In this document: in pieces, positions 18,793 through 28,686 of the stretch
How positions within the stretch are numbered: position 1 is the stretch's first letter
Layout: each line of letters opens with the position of its first letter
IMG/VR virus record: IMGVR_UViG_3300035074_000056
Coordinates: 1-52,529 of that record
Source of the DNA: a virus
Taxonomy: Duplodnaviria; Caudoviricetes
Length of the DNA stretch: 52,529 bases
Direction: 5' to 3' (one strand)
Made by a program: the position numbers and the translations under genes
The notes under the pieces: model-generated
The model's input: the letters and a program-made list of their open reading frames with translations, nothing else
The model's database searches: none
What the model was told of the DNA's origin: nothing

Positions 18793-19671
18793 ATGGAACC
18801 TAAAAAAACTGAAGGTCTTGTTGCTGAAGCAATCAAGGCTCAAGTAAACCCTTTTGCCAAAGGGGTTAAAAAACGCACGGACAAGGTAGCCATCGTCGGC
18901 TTTGCGCCTTCGAGCATGAACCTTGCCCCCTGGCTGGACGAGTCTTGGGAAATCTGGACGCTGAATAACATTTATTCAGCGTTCCAGCCCGGACAGCCGT
19001 TCCGCTGGGATCGCTGGTTTGAAATGCACCCGAATTTCCGGCAATATGCGCCGTTTCAAGACATCCGCATGGACGCCGGGAGCATCGTGCGCGGGGATAA
19101 CCGCCCCAGCAATGTGGTGAAAATCGAGCATATCGACTGGCTGAAAGCACAAGGCCCGGAGAAGCCGATCTATACACTGAAGGATGAGCCGGACATTCCG
19201 GGCGCGGTGCCTTATCCGATTGAAGAAGTCAAAGCGTGGTGTGAAAAAGAGGGTTTGGCCCCCTACTTCAGTAATTCGATCAGTTACATGATCGTTAAGG
19301 TGCTGATGGAAAGCAAAGTCGCAACCGGCAACCCTGACGGCTATGAAGAACTAGGGGTGTGGGGTGTGGATATGGCCGCCGGGGGCGAGTACCAAATGGA
19401 ACGGCCTTCGGTGGAATACTGGCTTGGAGTGGCTAAGAAGTATGTCAAAGTCGTGCTACCGAAAGAATGCGAGCTGTTGAAAGCGCGCCTGTATGGCTAC
19501 GAGTCCGATAGTGACTTTGTGGCCAAGATCAAAACGCGTCACGGCGAACTCGCAGGCAACATGAACCGCGCCATGATGCAACAGCGGGAAGCGGAAAATG
19601 CCGCCAATTACTTCCGGGGCGCGGCGGATGACTGTTCATATATTTTGACCAACTGGGGAAACGGAGCGTAA
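18793..19671 (+). CDS. Candidate nonulosonic-acid transferase (Maf/sialyltransferase-like fold)
   Basis: KVAIVGFAPS...W.LN, SNSISYM and EELGVWGVDM resemble the IVGxGPS...N and IxxxGxD motifs of GT29/GT42/Maf-type CMP-sugar transferases; family assignment is by eye only. Confidence 0.5.
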   Translation: MEPKKTEGLVAEAIKAQVNPFAKGVKKRTDKVAIVGFAPSSMNLAPWLDESWEIWTLNNIYSAFQPGQPFRWDRWFEMHPNFRQYAPFQDIRMDAGSIVRGDNRPSNVVKIEHIDWLKAQGPEKPIYTLKDEPDIPGAVPYPIEEVKAWCEKEGLAPYFSNSISYMIVKVLMESKVATGNPDGYEELGVWGVDMAAGGEYQMERPSVEYWLGVAKKYVKVVLPKECELLKARLYGYESDSDFVAKIKTRHGELAGNMNRAMMQQREAENAANYFRGAADDCSYILTNWGNGA

Positions 19672-19674
19672 AAA

Positions 19675-20034
19675 ATGGGCTTAGGCACATTCAGTGTTTT
19701 GAATTTTGAGGCGGTTACTACTGTTGCAAGCAGCAGTTCACACACCGACGCTATCAATTTAAACGGTAATGTGCCTGTTGGGCTGATCGTATCCACGAAT
19801 ACGCTTGTTTCCACCTCAATCACGTTTGAAACCGCCAAAGGCAGCACGCACACGTTTTACGCCCTGGTCAGCAGTTCTGGCGGGGCAGTTACGGTGAACA
19901 CCTCTACCCAAGCCGCACAGCAATACAAGATCGATCCGACTTGGTTCTACGGCGCGGATTTTATCAAATGCGTGATGTCCTCCACTTCGGACGTAAACAA
20001 GACGTTGACGTGGGTTACGCGCCCAATCGCTTAA
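19675..20034 (+). CDS. Ser/Thr-rich putative virion protein
   Basis: 35 of 119 residues are S/T by hand count; late-operon position. Confidence 0.65.
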   Translation: MGLGTFSVLNFEAVTTVASSSSHTDAINLNGNVPVGLIVSTNTLVSTSITFETAKGSTHTFYALVSSSGGAVTVNTSTQAAQQYKIDPTWFYGADFIKCVMSSTSDVNKTLTWVTRPIA

Positions 20035-20046
20035 GGAGAGTTTTTA

Positions 20047-20625
20047 ATGGATCACAATGTGCAAACAGATGTCGGATTTGGCGGATCTGTAGCAGGCAGC
20101 GGCGGTTTGGGCCTGCATGGCCGCGCGCCTCGTTCTTTGTACCATGTGGAATGCGTGGCCCCGGACGGCACCGTGCGCTGGACGGCTGATTGTGGCAACG
20201 TCGTTACGCTCGACGGGCGGATCATGTTGCTGGATCGATTCTTTAAGGGATCCACCTACACGGCGGCTTTTTACGTGGGGCTGATTAAATCCACGCAGTC
20301 TCCGAACTCTACGGACTACATGGCCTCGACCACTCGGGATTGGAGCGAATCCACCTGCTATTCAGATGGCGCTCGCCGGACATTGACTTTGGGCACTGTT
20401 TCTACAGCTTCGGTGGATAACTCAGCCAGCAAGGCCAGCTATACTATCAACCAGACCACGGAAGTCTTCGGCGCGTTCGTCACCAATAGTTCGCAGATTT
20501 CCACCGGCAGCACCTATGTGCTGTACGGTGCGGCGGTGTTTGATACCCCGTCATCCTCCGGGCGCTCGGTGGTGTCTGGGGATACGCTGAATATCACAGT
20601 AACGCTGACCGCATCCACAAGCTAG
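20047..20625 (+). CDS. Putative fibre-associated virion protein
   Basis: NVVTLDG...YVGLI...SGDTLNITVTL pattern seen in phage fibre-base proteins; AAGGAG RBS; 9 ST dipeptides. Confidence 0.65.
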   Translation: MDHNVQTDVGFGGSVAGSGGLGLHGRAPRSLYHVECVAPDGTVRWTADCGNVVTLDGRIMLLDRFFKGSTYTAAFYVGLIKSTQSPNSTDYMASTTRDWSESTCYSDGARRTLTLGTVSTASVDNSASKASYTINQTTEVFGAFVTNSSQISTGSTYVLYGAAVFDTPSSSGRSVVSGDTLNITVTLTASTS

Positions 20626-20664
20626 GTGCGGCATAACGACCCTATCCTAACAAAGGTGATTTAA

Positions 20665-22755
20665 ATGTCCAGCGTCGGCCCTCAGTATGCTGGCTCAGGC
20701 GCAGAGGTCAACCACGCTTCAGGGACAGTCGCTTGGACTAGCGAAACAAACATAACTTCAGACGATAATAATACGGCTGATTGTGCGTTTGGGTCCGGTT
20801 CCGGCGCTTCCTCCGAATGGCTAGTCAGCAGCAGTCATGATTTTTCGGCGATCGGCAACAGTGACACCATTGATGGGATTGTCGTTGAAATTGGGATTAA
20901 GGCGTCCACCGCCAACCGCTGTTCCGATACCGATGTTTTCCTGACCAAAGATGGCACCAACACGGTCGGGACTGATCAGGCCACCGGCACCAACGTGACG
21001 GGCACCGAAGTCAACCGAACTTATGGCGCATCAAACAGTCTTTGGGGCACCACTTGGACAGCAGCCGAAATCAAAGCATCTACCTTTGGTTGCATGTTCC
21101 GCCTCCTGCAAGGGCTTGGGGCAACGACAGCCAACGTCGATTATATCCGGATCACGGTTTACTATACCGCTGGTTCAACCACTCACGAAGTTACTTCAAC
21201 ACTAGGTATGCGTGCGGGGGCCAAAACTTCCGCCGTCGCGGTCCTCGCTGCCGCATCCGTTCCGCTGGTGTCGCGGCAGGGGCTTGCCCTTGCCGCGTCC
21301 AGGGGCGCGGAAGTCAATATTGCCTTAGGTAGTCGGCAAGGGCTCACCAACGCAGCCGCTTGGAGTTTGGGCAGCTCGATTACCCTGGGGTCTCGCCACG
21401 GACTTTCTGAAGCCGTGTCGCTTACCCTGGATCCTGATTTAAGTTTAATCAGCCGGTTGGGGTTAAATAATACCCCCATTGCAAGCCTGGGCAATTCTTT
21501 GTCCTTTGGCTCCCGGCTGGGGTCTGCCTTCTCTGGACTCCTCACTATTCCCACCGCCATGACGTTCGGCACCCGGCAAGGGGCGTCGATGGTTGGCAGT
21601 ATCGCCTACCCGCTCGCGATCGCCTTGGGCACCCGGCAAGGCTTAAGCCTGGCAGAAACCCGAAGTGTCTACACAGCGATTGCTTTGGGCGAACGTTCCG
21701 GCTTGTCGGATTCGGTGCTACTGACTCACGGTCCGGCGCTGTCCCTAGGCTCCCGCTTGGGGCTCTCAGAATCGGTATTGCTGACCCTGGCAGCGGCCAA
21801 CACTTTCGGCACCCGACAAGGCGCGGGATTTGTCGGGGTTCTGTCGATTCCGCTGGCTCAGAGTTTCGGTGTTCGTTCCGGGCTCTCTATTATCGGCGGG
21901 CTGGCATACGAAAACGCTGTGAGCCTGGGCGCTCGAACCGGCTTGAGCCATGCCGGAAGCCTGACATACAACTATTCAATCAGCCTGGGCAATCGCTTAG
22001 GGCTGAGTTACTCACCAAATCTCATCTCTACACCTACGGTCCTTTTGGGGGCAAGAGTCGGGGAGGCCGTTTCGACGGTTTTGACTCAGGCCCCCGCCCT
22101 TTCTTTTACGGCAAGGATGGGGCAGGGTGAAGGCGGTTTGCTGACCATTTCAGCCAGCTTGCCGATGGTGGTCCTGCAAGGATTACATTTCCCCGGTAAT
22201 TTCACCCTGGAAAACTCGGTTGGCTTCGGGGCGCGGCTGGGTTACTCGGATATCGGCGGGAAAGTCGTTTCCTCTGCCATCACCCTAGGCAACCGGGTAG
22301 GCGTTGGCTTATCGGCTAACCTCACCATCAACACCGCAATCCCACTGGCAACCCGGACGGGATACGAAGCAGACGTTACTCTGAATCTCGGGCCTGCGGT
22401 TTCCCTGGGCGCTCGCGCGGGGCTGAGCGAATCCGTCACCATGACCGGGGCGCCTACAATCACCTTCGGGGCTTCCCTGGGCGCGGCGCTTGTCAATGCC
22501 CTCACGATGGGACAGAGCGTTTCCATCCCGGTGCGGGTGGGCCTGGAAAATGATTCCGCCGAATATCCCGGAACACTCACGCTCAATGTTTCAGATGTCA
22601 GCACCCTGGCTGAAGCTCTGAGCGACAGCAGCAGCGTGACACTGGCACTCACTGAATTCGGCACCTTGACAGGAGCCTTTACCTCATTTAGCACCCTGAC
22701 CGGGACCATTGTGGCAGTCAGCACCTTGACCAGTACGGAGACAACGCTTCCATGA
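20665..22755 (+). CDS. Repetitive head/neck fibre-like protein
   Basis: N-terminal globular domain, about 23 repeats of 20 aa (xxLGxRxGL...), then about six 10-aa repeats. Confidence 0.7.
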   Translation: MSSVGPQYAGSGAEVNHASGTVAWTSETNITSDDNNTADCAFGSGSGASSEWLVSSSHDFSAIGNSDTIDGIVVEIGIKASTANRCSDTDVFLTKDGTNTVGTDQATGTNVTGTEVNRTYGASNSLWGTTWTAAEIKASTFGCMFRLLQGLGATTANVDYIRITVYYTAGSTTHEVTSTLGMRAGAKTSAVAVLAAASVPLVSRQGLALAASRGAEVNIALGSRQGLTNAAAWSLGSSITLGSRHGLSEAVSLTLDPDLSLISRLGLNNTPIASLGNSLSFGSRLGSAFSGLLTIPTAMTFGTRQGASMVGSIAYPLAIALGTRQGLSLAETRSVYTAIALGERSGLSDSVLLTHGPALSLGSRLGLSESVLLTLAAANTFGTRQGAGFVGVLSIPLAQSFGVRSGLSIIGGLAYENAVSLGARTGLSHAGSLTYNYSISLGNRLGLSYSPNLISTPTVLLGARVGEAVSTVLTQAPALSFTARMGQGEGGLLTISASLPMVVLQGLHFPGNFTLENSVGFGARLGYSDIGGKVVSSAITLGNRVGVGLSANLTINTAIPLATRTGYEADVTLNLGPAVSLGARAGLSESVTMTGAPTITFGASLGAALVNALTMGQSVSIPVRVGLENDSAEYPGTLTLNVSDVSTLAEALSDSSSVTLALTEFGTLTGAFTSFSTLTGTIVAVSTLTSTETTLP

Positions 22756-23039
22756 CAATCTCAGCCGCTCCCAAGGGTCAGGTCTACCGGGTGCAAACGA
22801 CCATCACCACCAACAGCACAGCGGTAACACCTACAGGGATCACGTTGTATCTCATCAGCCCAGCGGGGGTTGCCACCACCTACACCTCTTCACAGATGAC
22901 GAACTCCAGCACAGGTGTCTACTACTACGATTACACCATCGCGGCTGAAGGGATGCACTATTACAAATGGGTCACGACCGGAACCGGCGCGGGGGCGAAC
23001 TCCGGGCAGTTCCGAGGGCTCGATACACCATTCGATTAA
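22752..23039 (+). CDS. Small Thr-rich Ig-like virion protein
   Basis: P.G..TTY...STGVYYYDY....GMHYYKW pattern; 27 of 95 residues are S/T. Confidence 0.65.
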   Translation: MTISAAPKGQVYRVQTTITTNSTAVTPTGITLYLISPAGVATTYTSSQMTNSSTGVYYYDYTIAAEGMHYYKWVTTGTGAGANSGQFRGLDTPFD

Positions 23040-23059
23040 GTCAATTGGAGGCGGAAACC

Positions 23060-23803
23060 ATGAGACTAGCCATCATTCCCGCGCGGGGCGGGAGCAAGCG
23101 CATACCGCGCAAGAACATCAAAGAGTTTCAGGGCAAGCCGATTATTGCGTATGCGATAGAGGCGGCGCTGGCGTCTAAATGTTTTGATATGGTTTTAGTC
23201 TCGACCGATGACGAGGAAATCAAGAATTTTGCGCGGGCGAACGGGGCATACACACATCCACGAAGCGAACTGAATGCCAGTGACACCGCCGGAACCGTGC
23301 CTGTATTGCTGGAAGCGCTAGATTGGCAGCATAAAACATTCAGCATTCAGACAGACGAAATCTGTTGCATTTACCCTTGCAATCCATTTCTGACGGCTTG
23401 GGGGCTTTGGTACGCATATACGCGCCACAAGAAAACCAATGCAGACAGCACTTTCCCTGTCGTGAAGTACAGCTATCCCCCACAACGGGCGCTAAAAATC
23501 ACCAAATGCAAAGCCGAAATGCTCCACCCTGAGCATTACCCAACCCGCTCACAGGATTTAGAGCCTATCTACCACGACGCTGGGCAATTCTATTGGCTGA
23601 ATACAAAAGCCCTGCTTGAGCAGCAAAAACTCTTCATGAAGCGTTCAACCCCCTTGATCTACAACGAACTTGAAGCACAAGACATAGACACGTTAGAAGA
23701 CTGGGCACTGGCGGAGGTGAAATACCAGTTATGGCGGAATACTCAGTTCTCATCATTGGCGCAGGAACCAAAGGGGCTTTCTACGACACCCCAGACAGCT
23801 TAG
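23060..23803 (+). CDS. pseF: Pseudaminic acid cytidylyltransferase (acylneuraminate CMP-transferase)
   Basis: AIIPARGGSKRIPRKNIKEF.GKPIIAYAI, VSTDD, RSQDLE..YHDAGQFYW, QDIDT.EDW..AE.KY. Confidence 0.9.
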   Translation: MRLAIIPARGGSKRIPRKNIKEFQGKPIIAYAIEAALASKCFDMVLVSTDDEEIKNFARANGAYTHPRSELNASDTAGTVPVLLEALDWQHKTFSIQTDEICCIYPCNPFLTAWGLWYAYTRHKKTNADSTFPVVKYSYPPQRALKITKCKAEMLHPEHYPTRSQDLEPIYHDAGQFYWLNTKALLEQQKLFMKRSTPLIYNELEAQDIDTLEDWALAEVKYQLWRNTQFSSLAQEPKGLSTTPQTA

Positions 23804-24678
23804 AGGTTTTGAGTCATGCGAAGGCGTTCTCAAAGCCCCCCTTTAATCTCGTGGGTTTTGTGGATCCCGACACCAGCAAAGCCGAAAAAGCGGCCTCGAG
23901 TTGGGGTGGTGAGGCTTTTCCTGATGTTGCCACTGCTTTTGATCGCCTTGGCAGCGTGGATGTTGTCACAGTGGCTGCGCCGGACGCCACGCACTCCGAA
24001 GTCTTGCGACAGCTCGTCGGCAAACCCTGCAAGCTGATTTTTGCCGAAAAGCCGTTTACCCGCAGCGCCGAAACCGCCAAGCAATTGCTGGCAGATTTTG
24101 AGGCTCATGGGCAGACGGTGGCAGTGAATTATACCCGCCGGTTTGCTTCCGGCTTTCAAAAGCTGGCCTCGCAAATCCTAACCGGAAAGCTAGGCAAATT
24201 TCTGGGTGGGTCTGGCTTTTATGGAAACGGACTCTTCCACAATGGCTCGCATATGTTTGACATGTTGCTGATGTTGGCAGGGGGTGTCCGGGTTAAATAT
24301 TTCGACCCATTTATTGATGCCAAACAGGATGACCCTAGTGTGTTTGCCTTGCTGACGGTCGGGCAGGCTCCGTTTTATCTGGGGGTTATCCCACGCTTTC
24401 ACGTCAATGCTTTTGAAGCAACGCTTTATTTCAGCAAAGCGGCGATCCGGATTACTGATGTTGGCAGACAGATTGAAATTCTACCTGCCGAACCCAGACC
24501 AGGCTATGAGGTCGAGTTCATTTATACAGAAGCAGACGGATCTTACTTCGCTGCTGATGACGACCCAATGACCGTTGCCGTCCAAAACATCGCCGACCAC
24601 CTAACCCACGGCACCCCACTCCTCAGCCCCGCAGAAAACGCCGTGCGCGTTCTGGAAATCTGCGAGGCCCTGTCATGA
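23731..24678 (+). CDS. Gfo/Idh/MocA family oxidoreductase
   Basis: LIIGAG Rossmann motif, AEKP, VNYTRRF, HNGSHMFD. Confidence 0.88.
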   Translation: MAEYSVLIIGAGTKGAFYDTPDSLEVLSHAKAFSKPPFNLVGFVDPDTSKAEKAASSWGGEAFPDVATAFDRLGSVDVVTVAAPDATHSEVLRQLVGKPCKLIFAEKPFTRSAETAKQLLADFEAHGQTVAVNYTRRFASGFQKLASQILTGKLGKFLGGSGFYGNGLFHNGSHMFDMLLMLAGGVRVKYFDPFIDAKQDDPSVFALLTVGQAPFYLGVIPRFHVNAFEATLYFSKAAIRITDVGRQIEILPAEPRPGYEVEFIYTEADGSYFAADDDPMTVAVQNIADHLTHGTPLLSPAENAVRVLEICEALS

Positions 24679-25589
24679 CGGCCATCGGTGCGGAAGAAAA
24701 AGCCGCAGTCATGAGAGTGCTGGATTCCGGGGTTCTCTCTGGCTTTCTGGCTGGCCAGCTTTACGGTGGGCCGGAAGTCAACGCCCTGGAAGAAGAATGG
24801 GCGGCTCACTTCGGTTTTAAACACGCCGTTGCCATGAATAGCGCTACCAGTTGCTTGATTGCAGCATGTGGGGCGGTAGGGGTAGGCACTTATAGCCAGG
24901 TGGTCGTTCCCTCTTTGACCATGAGCGCCACCGCTGCGGCTCCGAAGTTCTGGGGGGGCGATGTCATCTTCTGCGATATCGAACCGGACTACTTTTGTCT
25001 AGACCCTAAAAAAGTCCGCGATATTCCGGTGGTTAATGCCATCATTACGGTAGATTTGTTTGGGCAGTCTTCAAATCCCAATCTGAATAGTTGGAGCCTC
25101 TTTTACGACGATACACCCATCATCCAAGACGCTTCCCAGCGCCCAATTCCTGGCGGCTTTGGGGATATCGTTGTTCATTCCCTCAACTACCACAAGCATA
25201 TTCATTGCGGCGAAGGCGGGATGGCTTGCACGAATGATGATGAGCTGGCTAAAAAGCTTCGGTTAATCAGGAACCACGCTGAAAACGCCGGGGTTGATTA
25301 CTTCGGCTTCAACTTCCGCATGACCGAGATCGAAGCGGCCATTGCCCGCGTTCAGCTCACCAAGCTACCGGCTGAGATTCAACGGCGGCAAGAAAATGCA
25401 AGATTTATCAGGGATTTGGCTCCGGTGCGCCCCGGCTTTGATCATGCTTGGTATTTATACCCGCACACCACCCGGATTCCTGAAGGTTTCCGATATGCCA
25501 AACCGCTCTACAACCTGCCCGTGTTTAGTGCTGAGTCCTTACCTGTCACTGAACAAGTCTGGAAATCCATCTGGATGACGCGGCCATGA
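24675..25589 (+). CDS. DegT/DnrJ/EryC1/StrS PLP sugar aminotransferase (PseC-like)
   Basis: NSATSCL, FCDIEP, QDASQ, SLNYHKHIHCGEGG (PLP lysine), GFNFRMTEIEAA. Confidence 0.9.
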   Translation: MTAIGAEEKAAVMRVLDSGVLSGFLAGQLYGGPEVNALEEEWAAHFGFKHAVAMNSATSCLIAACGAVGVGTYSQVVVPSLTMSATAAAPKFWGGDVIFCDIEPDYFCLDPKKVRDIPVVNAIITVDLFGQSSNPNLNSWSLFYDDTPIIQDASQRPIPGGFGDIVVHSLNYHKHIHCGEGGMACTNDDELAKKLRLIRNHAENAGVDYFGFNFRMTEIEAAIARVQLTKLPAEIQRRQENARFIRDLAPVRPGFDHAWYLYPHTTRIPEGFRYAKPLYNLPVFSAESLPVTEQVWKSIWMTRP

Positions 25590-26173
25590 TTTTTATTAAA
25601 GGCGAACGGGTCATTCTAGAACCGCTGGACGAAAACCATTTAGGGACAGAGTATAAGCAATGGCTGAACGACCCAGAGATTAACCGTTTCACTTCTCGCT
25701 CTTCATATCCACTCAATTTGGCTGCCTGCAAGGACTATGTTCAAAGCTGTCAATCAGCCGAGCGCATAGTTCTTGCTATTTCTATAGAATTTCCAGGGCA
25801 GCCGCATTTCAAAATACACATTGGCAATATTTCTCTGCAAAAAATCAACCTTATTAATCGCACTGCCGAATTAGCCATCCTGATTGGAGAGCGTCAAGGT
25901 GAAGGCTACGGTCTGGAAGCCGCCAAGCTCGTTTGCGCCCACGGTTTCAACCAACTCGGCCTAAACCGCATCTACTGCGGCACCCATGCAGAAAACATCG
26001 GCATGCAGAAGCTGGCGCTCAAGCTGGGCATGCAGGAGGAAGGCCGCTCCCGCAAGGCTTTATTCAAAAACGGCGAATTTGCCGACGTGATTCACTACGG
26101 CATGCTTCAAGAGGATTTCATTAATGCCGATCTCGGTATCCACCAAAGCCAGCCATTATCCGATCACCCTTGA
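25586..26173 (+). CDS. GNAT N-acetyltransferase (RimJ/PseH-like)
   Basis: WLNDPEI, HIGNISL, AELAILIG...GEGYG, LNRIY, N.GM.KL..KLG..EG. Confidence 0.88.
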   Translation: MIFIKGERVILEPLDENHLGTEYKQWLNDPEINRFTSRSSYPLNLAACKDYVQSCQSAERIVLAISIEFPGQPHFKIHIGNISLQKINLINRTAELAILIGERQGEGYGLEAAKLVCAHGFNQLGLNRIYCGTHAENIGMQKLALKLGMQEEGRSRKALFKNGEFADVIHYGMLQEDFINADLGIHQSQPLSDHP

Positions 26174-26717
26174 AGAAGCCAAGGAACACCTTCGGGTTAC
26201 TGATACCAACAGCGATTCTTATATTCAAGGCTTAATTGCAATGGTGGCGGAACAGGTAGAAGCTCAAACCGGCAGAACACTCATTACCACGCAATACACC
26301 TGGAAGCTGGACGGGTTCCCTTGTGAATACATGATGTATGTTCCCAAGCCGCCGCTACAAAGCATTTCATCTATCACCTATATCGATACCGACGGCTCAA
26401 CGGACACCTGGGGATCAACCTACTACAGCGTTGACAACACCAGCATCCCGGCCCGGCTGTATCCGGCTTATCAGGAAACATGGCCAATTACTTTGAACGT
26501 CCCCAACGCCGTGACGATCACTTATGTAGCCGGGAGTAGCTACCTGGGCGGGGTCCCGGAAGGGTTGAAACACGCCATGAAATTCCTGATTGCTCACTAC
26601 TGGTCTAATCGTCAGGAGAGTGTGACCGCCGCCGCGCTGGTGACTTCGGTTAATACCCCCAAAGCTTCTGATTGGCTTCTAGCCAAGTATCAGGTGCCGT
26701 TCTTTGAGGGGTACTAA
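26124..26717 (+). CDS. Head-tail connector (gp6-like)
   Basis: PITLEEAKEHLRV, TGRTLITTQ, VTITYVAG, VP..LKHA....AH.W.NR. Confidence 0.85.
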   Translation: MPISVSTKASHYPITLEEAKEHLRVTDTNSDSYIQGLIAMVAEQVEAQTGRTLITTQYTWKLDGFPCEYMMYVPKPPLQSISSITYIDTDGSTDTWGSTYYSVDNTSIPARLYPAYQETWPITLNVPNAVTITYVAGSSYLGGVPEGLKHAMKFLIAHYWSNRQESVTAAALVTSVNTPKASDWLLAKYQVPFFEGY

Positions 26718-27043
26718 TGGACATCGGCAGAATGGATCGGCTGATTACGATCCAAACCCCAACCATCACCTATAACACCGAAGGCAGCCCTTCTAAAAGC
26801 TGGTCAACTGGGTATCAGGTTTGGGGCGAGGTGATTCAAAAGGGCGGGCGGGAAATCTTTCGGCATGAGCAAGTCAGCGCCGAAGCCGACACCATTTTCA
26901 GAATTTACTACAACACCACCGTGATCCCTGATCGCACCCAGCGCGTTGTCTACAACTCCACCAATTACAACATTATGGACGTGCGCGAGCTGGGATATGG
27001 CGAGCGTTGGGAAATTATGGCGAAGGCGACCCCTGCTGTATGA
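26717..27043 (+). CDS. Head closure protein (SPP1 gp16-like)
   Basis: IGRMDRLITIQ...W...VW......GRE, YNI. Confidence 0.85.
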   Translation: MDIGRMDRLITIQTPTITYNTEGSPSKSWSTGYQVWGEVIQKGGREIFRHEQVSAEADTIFRIYYNTTVIPDRTQRVVYNSTNYNIMDVRELGYGERWEIMAKATPAV

Positions 27044-27438
27044 CGATAGAAGCCGATCTCTATTCTCTGCTGACCACCAGCACCAGCCTCGCCGCGCTCT
27101 CATCCAACCGAGTGTATCAAGACCAGCTCCCGCAGAATGTTACCTACCCGGCCATCAGCTACTTTCTGGTTAGTGCGCCGCGTATCCCCTTGATGGGTAA
27201 CGACGCGGTGAACATCCCAGCCCGGTTCCAGATTGATTGCTGGGCAGCCACACCCACCGCAGCCAACACCCTGACGAACACAGTGATCGGTGCGATTGAG
27301 CGGTACGGCTCTACCAGCGGGTCTGTGGTGATTGAAACCATCTTTATAGATGACGTGCAAGCCATCCCGGAACACGATCCGGACGAGGAAGTTTTTAGGC
27401 GGGCCATTGACACAATCGTGCAGTATCGGAGTTCTTAA
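27040..27438 (+). CDS. Tail terminator (DUF3168-like)
   Basis: RVY....PQ..TYPAISY, RFQIDCWA. Confidence 0.8.
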   Translation: MTIEADLYSLLTTSTSLAALSSNRVYQDQLPQNVTYPAISYFLVSAPRIPLMGNDAVNIPARFQIDCWAATPTAANTLTNTVIGAIERYGSTSGSVVIETIFIDDVQAIPEHDPDEEVFRRAIDTIVQYRSS

Positions 27439-28190
27439 TGGCTAACTTTGTTTTACAAGATCAAAAAATATTAATCGGCCCGATCCACATCACCAGCATC
27501 ATGAACGCCGCCGAACTCAAGCAGGCGGTGTCCGCCCTGGATGACACCACTTTCGGGCAAGATACCATGAGCAACCTGCCGGGACTGCGGTCGATTGCTT
27601 GCAGTGTTTCCGGCTTGTATGACCCTGAACCCACTTACGACGGTGCGCTTTCCAGTCAGCTAACCTTGACCGGCAACGCTTTTACCCTGGCAGACAGCAC
27701 CACGGTCACTTCCTTGGCCTACTTTTTCAACGCGATGTTGAGTGAATACACCCCGTTTCAAAACAGCGTGGGCGAATTGGCCGGGTTCAACTGCGGCGCG
27801 GCGGCGACTAGGACCGCCACGGGCAAAGCCGATCTTGTGCGTGGGCAGGTGGGTTACTGGACGGAGAACTTTACCACCAGCGCCAACGGCACTTCGGTGA
27901 ACCTGGGTGCGGCAACCACCAGCCAGAAGGTTGGCGGGGCTTTGCATTTGTTTGGCATCCCCAGCAGCACGTTTACTTTTGCGGCCACCATTGAATCAGC
28001 CGCCAGCAGCGCGGCGAGTTCCAGCCAGTGGACCACTCGCTTTACGTTCAGCACATTTTCAACCAAGGGTTCAACATTCCAAACCAGCACGGGCAATGTG
28101 ACTGATACCTGGTGGCGCTTCACTCATGCGACTGTATCCAGCTCACAATCTACCGGCTTAAGTGCGGTCGGCGTTTTCGGAATTTATTAG
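27438..28190 (+). CDS. Tail tube-like protein with S/T-rich C-terminal domain
   Basis: Shares DDTxxGQDTMSNLPxL with the next gene; position after the tail terminator. Confidence 0.7.
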   Translation: MANFVLQDQKILIGPIHITSIMNAAELKQAVSALDDTTFGQDTMSNLPGLRSIACSVSGLYDPEPTYDGALSSQLTLTGNAFTLADSTTVTSLAYFFNAMLSEYTPFQNSVGELAGFNCGAAATRTATGKADLVRGQVGYWTENFTTSANGTSVNLGAATTSQKVGGALHLFGIPSSTFTFAATIESAASSAASSSQWTTRFTFSTFSTKGSTFQTSTGNVTDTWWRFTHATVSSSQSTGLSAVGVFGIY

Positions 28191-28221
28191 GGCGGAAAGA
28201 TTTCACAAGGAGAAATAAACA

Positions 28222-28659
28222 ATGGCAAACCTCGTGTTCGACGATTGCTATGTACTCATGAACTCAACCGCCATTTCGGGCGTTAAGTCAGTCACCATTA
28301 ACCACAAAGTCAACGCTGTAGACGACACCGTGATGGGACAGGACACCATGTCCAACCTGCCCGCCCTGAAAAACTGGGATGCTTCCATCACGTTCGCGCA
28401 GGATTTCGCAGCATCAGCGATTGATTCCCAGCTTAACGGCTTGCTGCAATCGCGGTTCCTGCTTCAGGTGCGCGTGACCAGCTCAGCCCGCAGCACCCAA
28501 AACCCCGAATACCAAGGCTATTGCATGATCACCGATTACGGCATTTTCAGCGGTTCCGTGGGTGACTTTGCAGAGGCTCCTATTTCCCTGGTCCCAGCGA
28601 AAAGCTCGACCGGTGGCACCAGCACAGCAGATCTCACAAGGACAACTTCTTCAACGTAA
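28222..28659 (+). CDS. Major tail tube protein
   Basis: DDTVMGQDTMSNLPALKNW...NPEYQG...GSVGD; strong AAGGAG RBS. Confidence 0.75.
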   Translation: MANLVFDDCYVLMNSTAISGVKSVTINHKVNAVDDTVMGQDTMSNLPALKNWDASITFAQDFAASAIDSQLNGLLQSRFLLQVRVTSSARSTQNPEYQGYCMITDYGIFSGSVGDFAEAPISLVPAKSSTGGTSTADLTRTTSST

Positions 28660-28686
28660 TCCAACTTAGGCGGAAAGGCGGAACAA

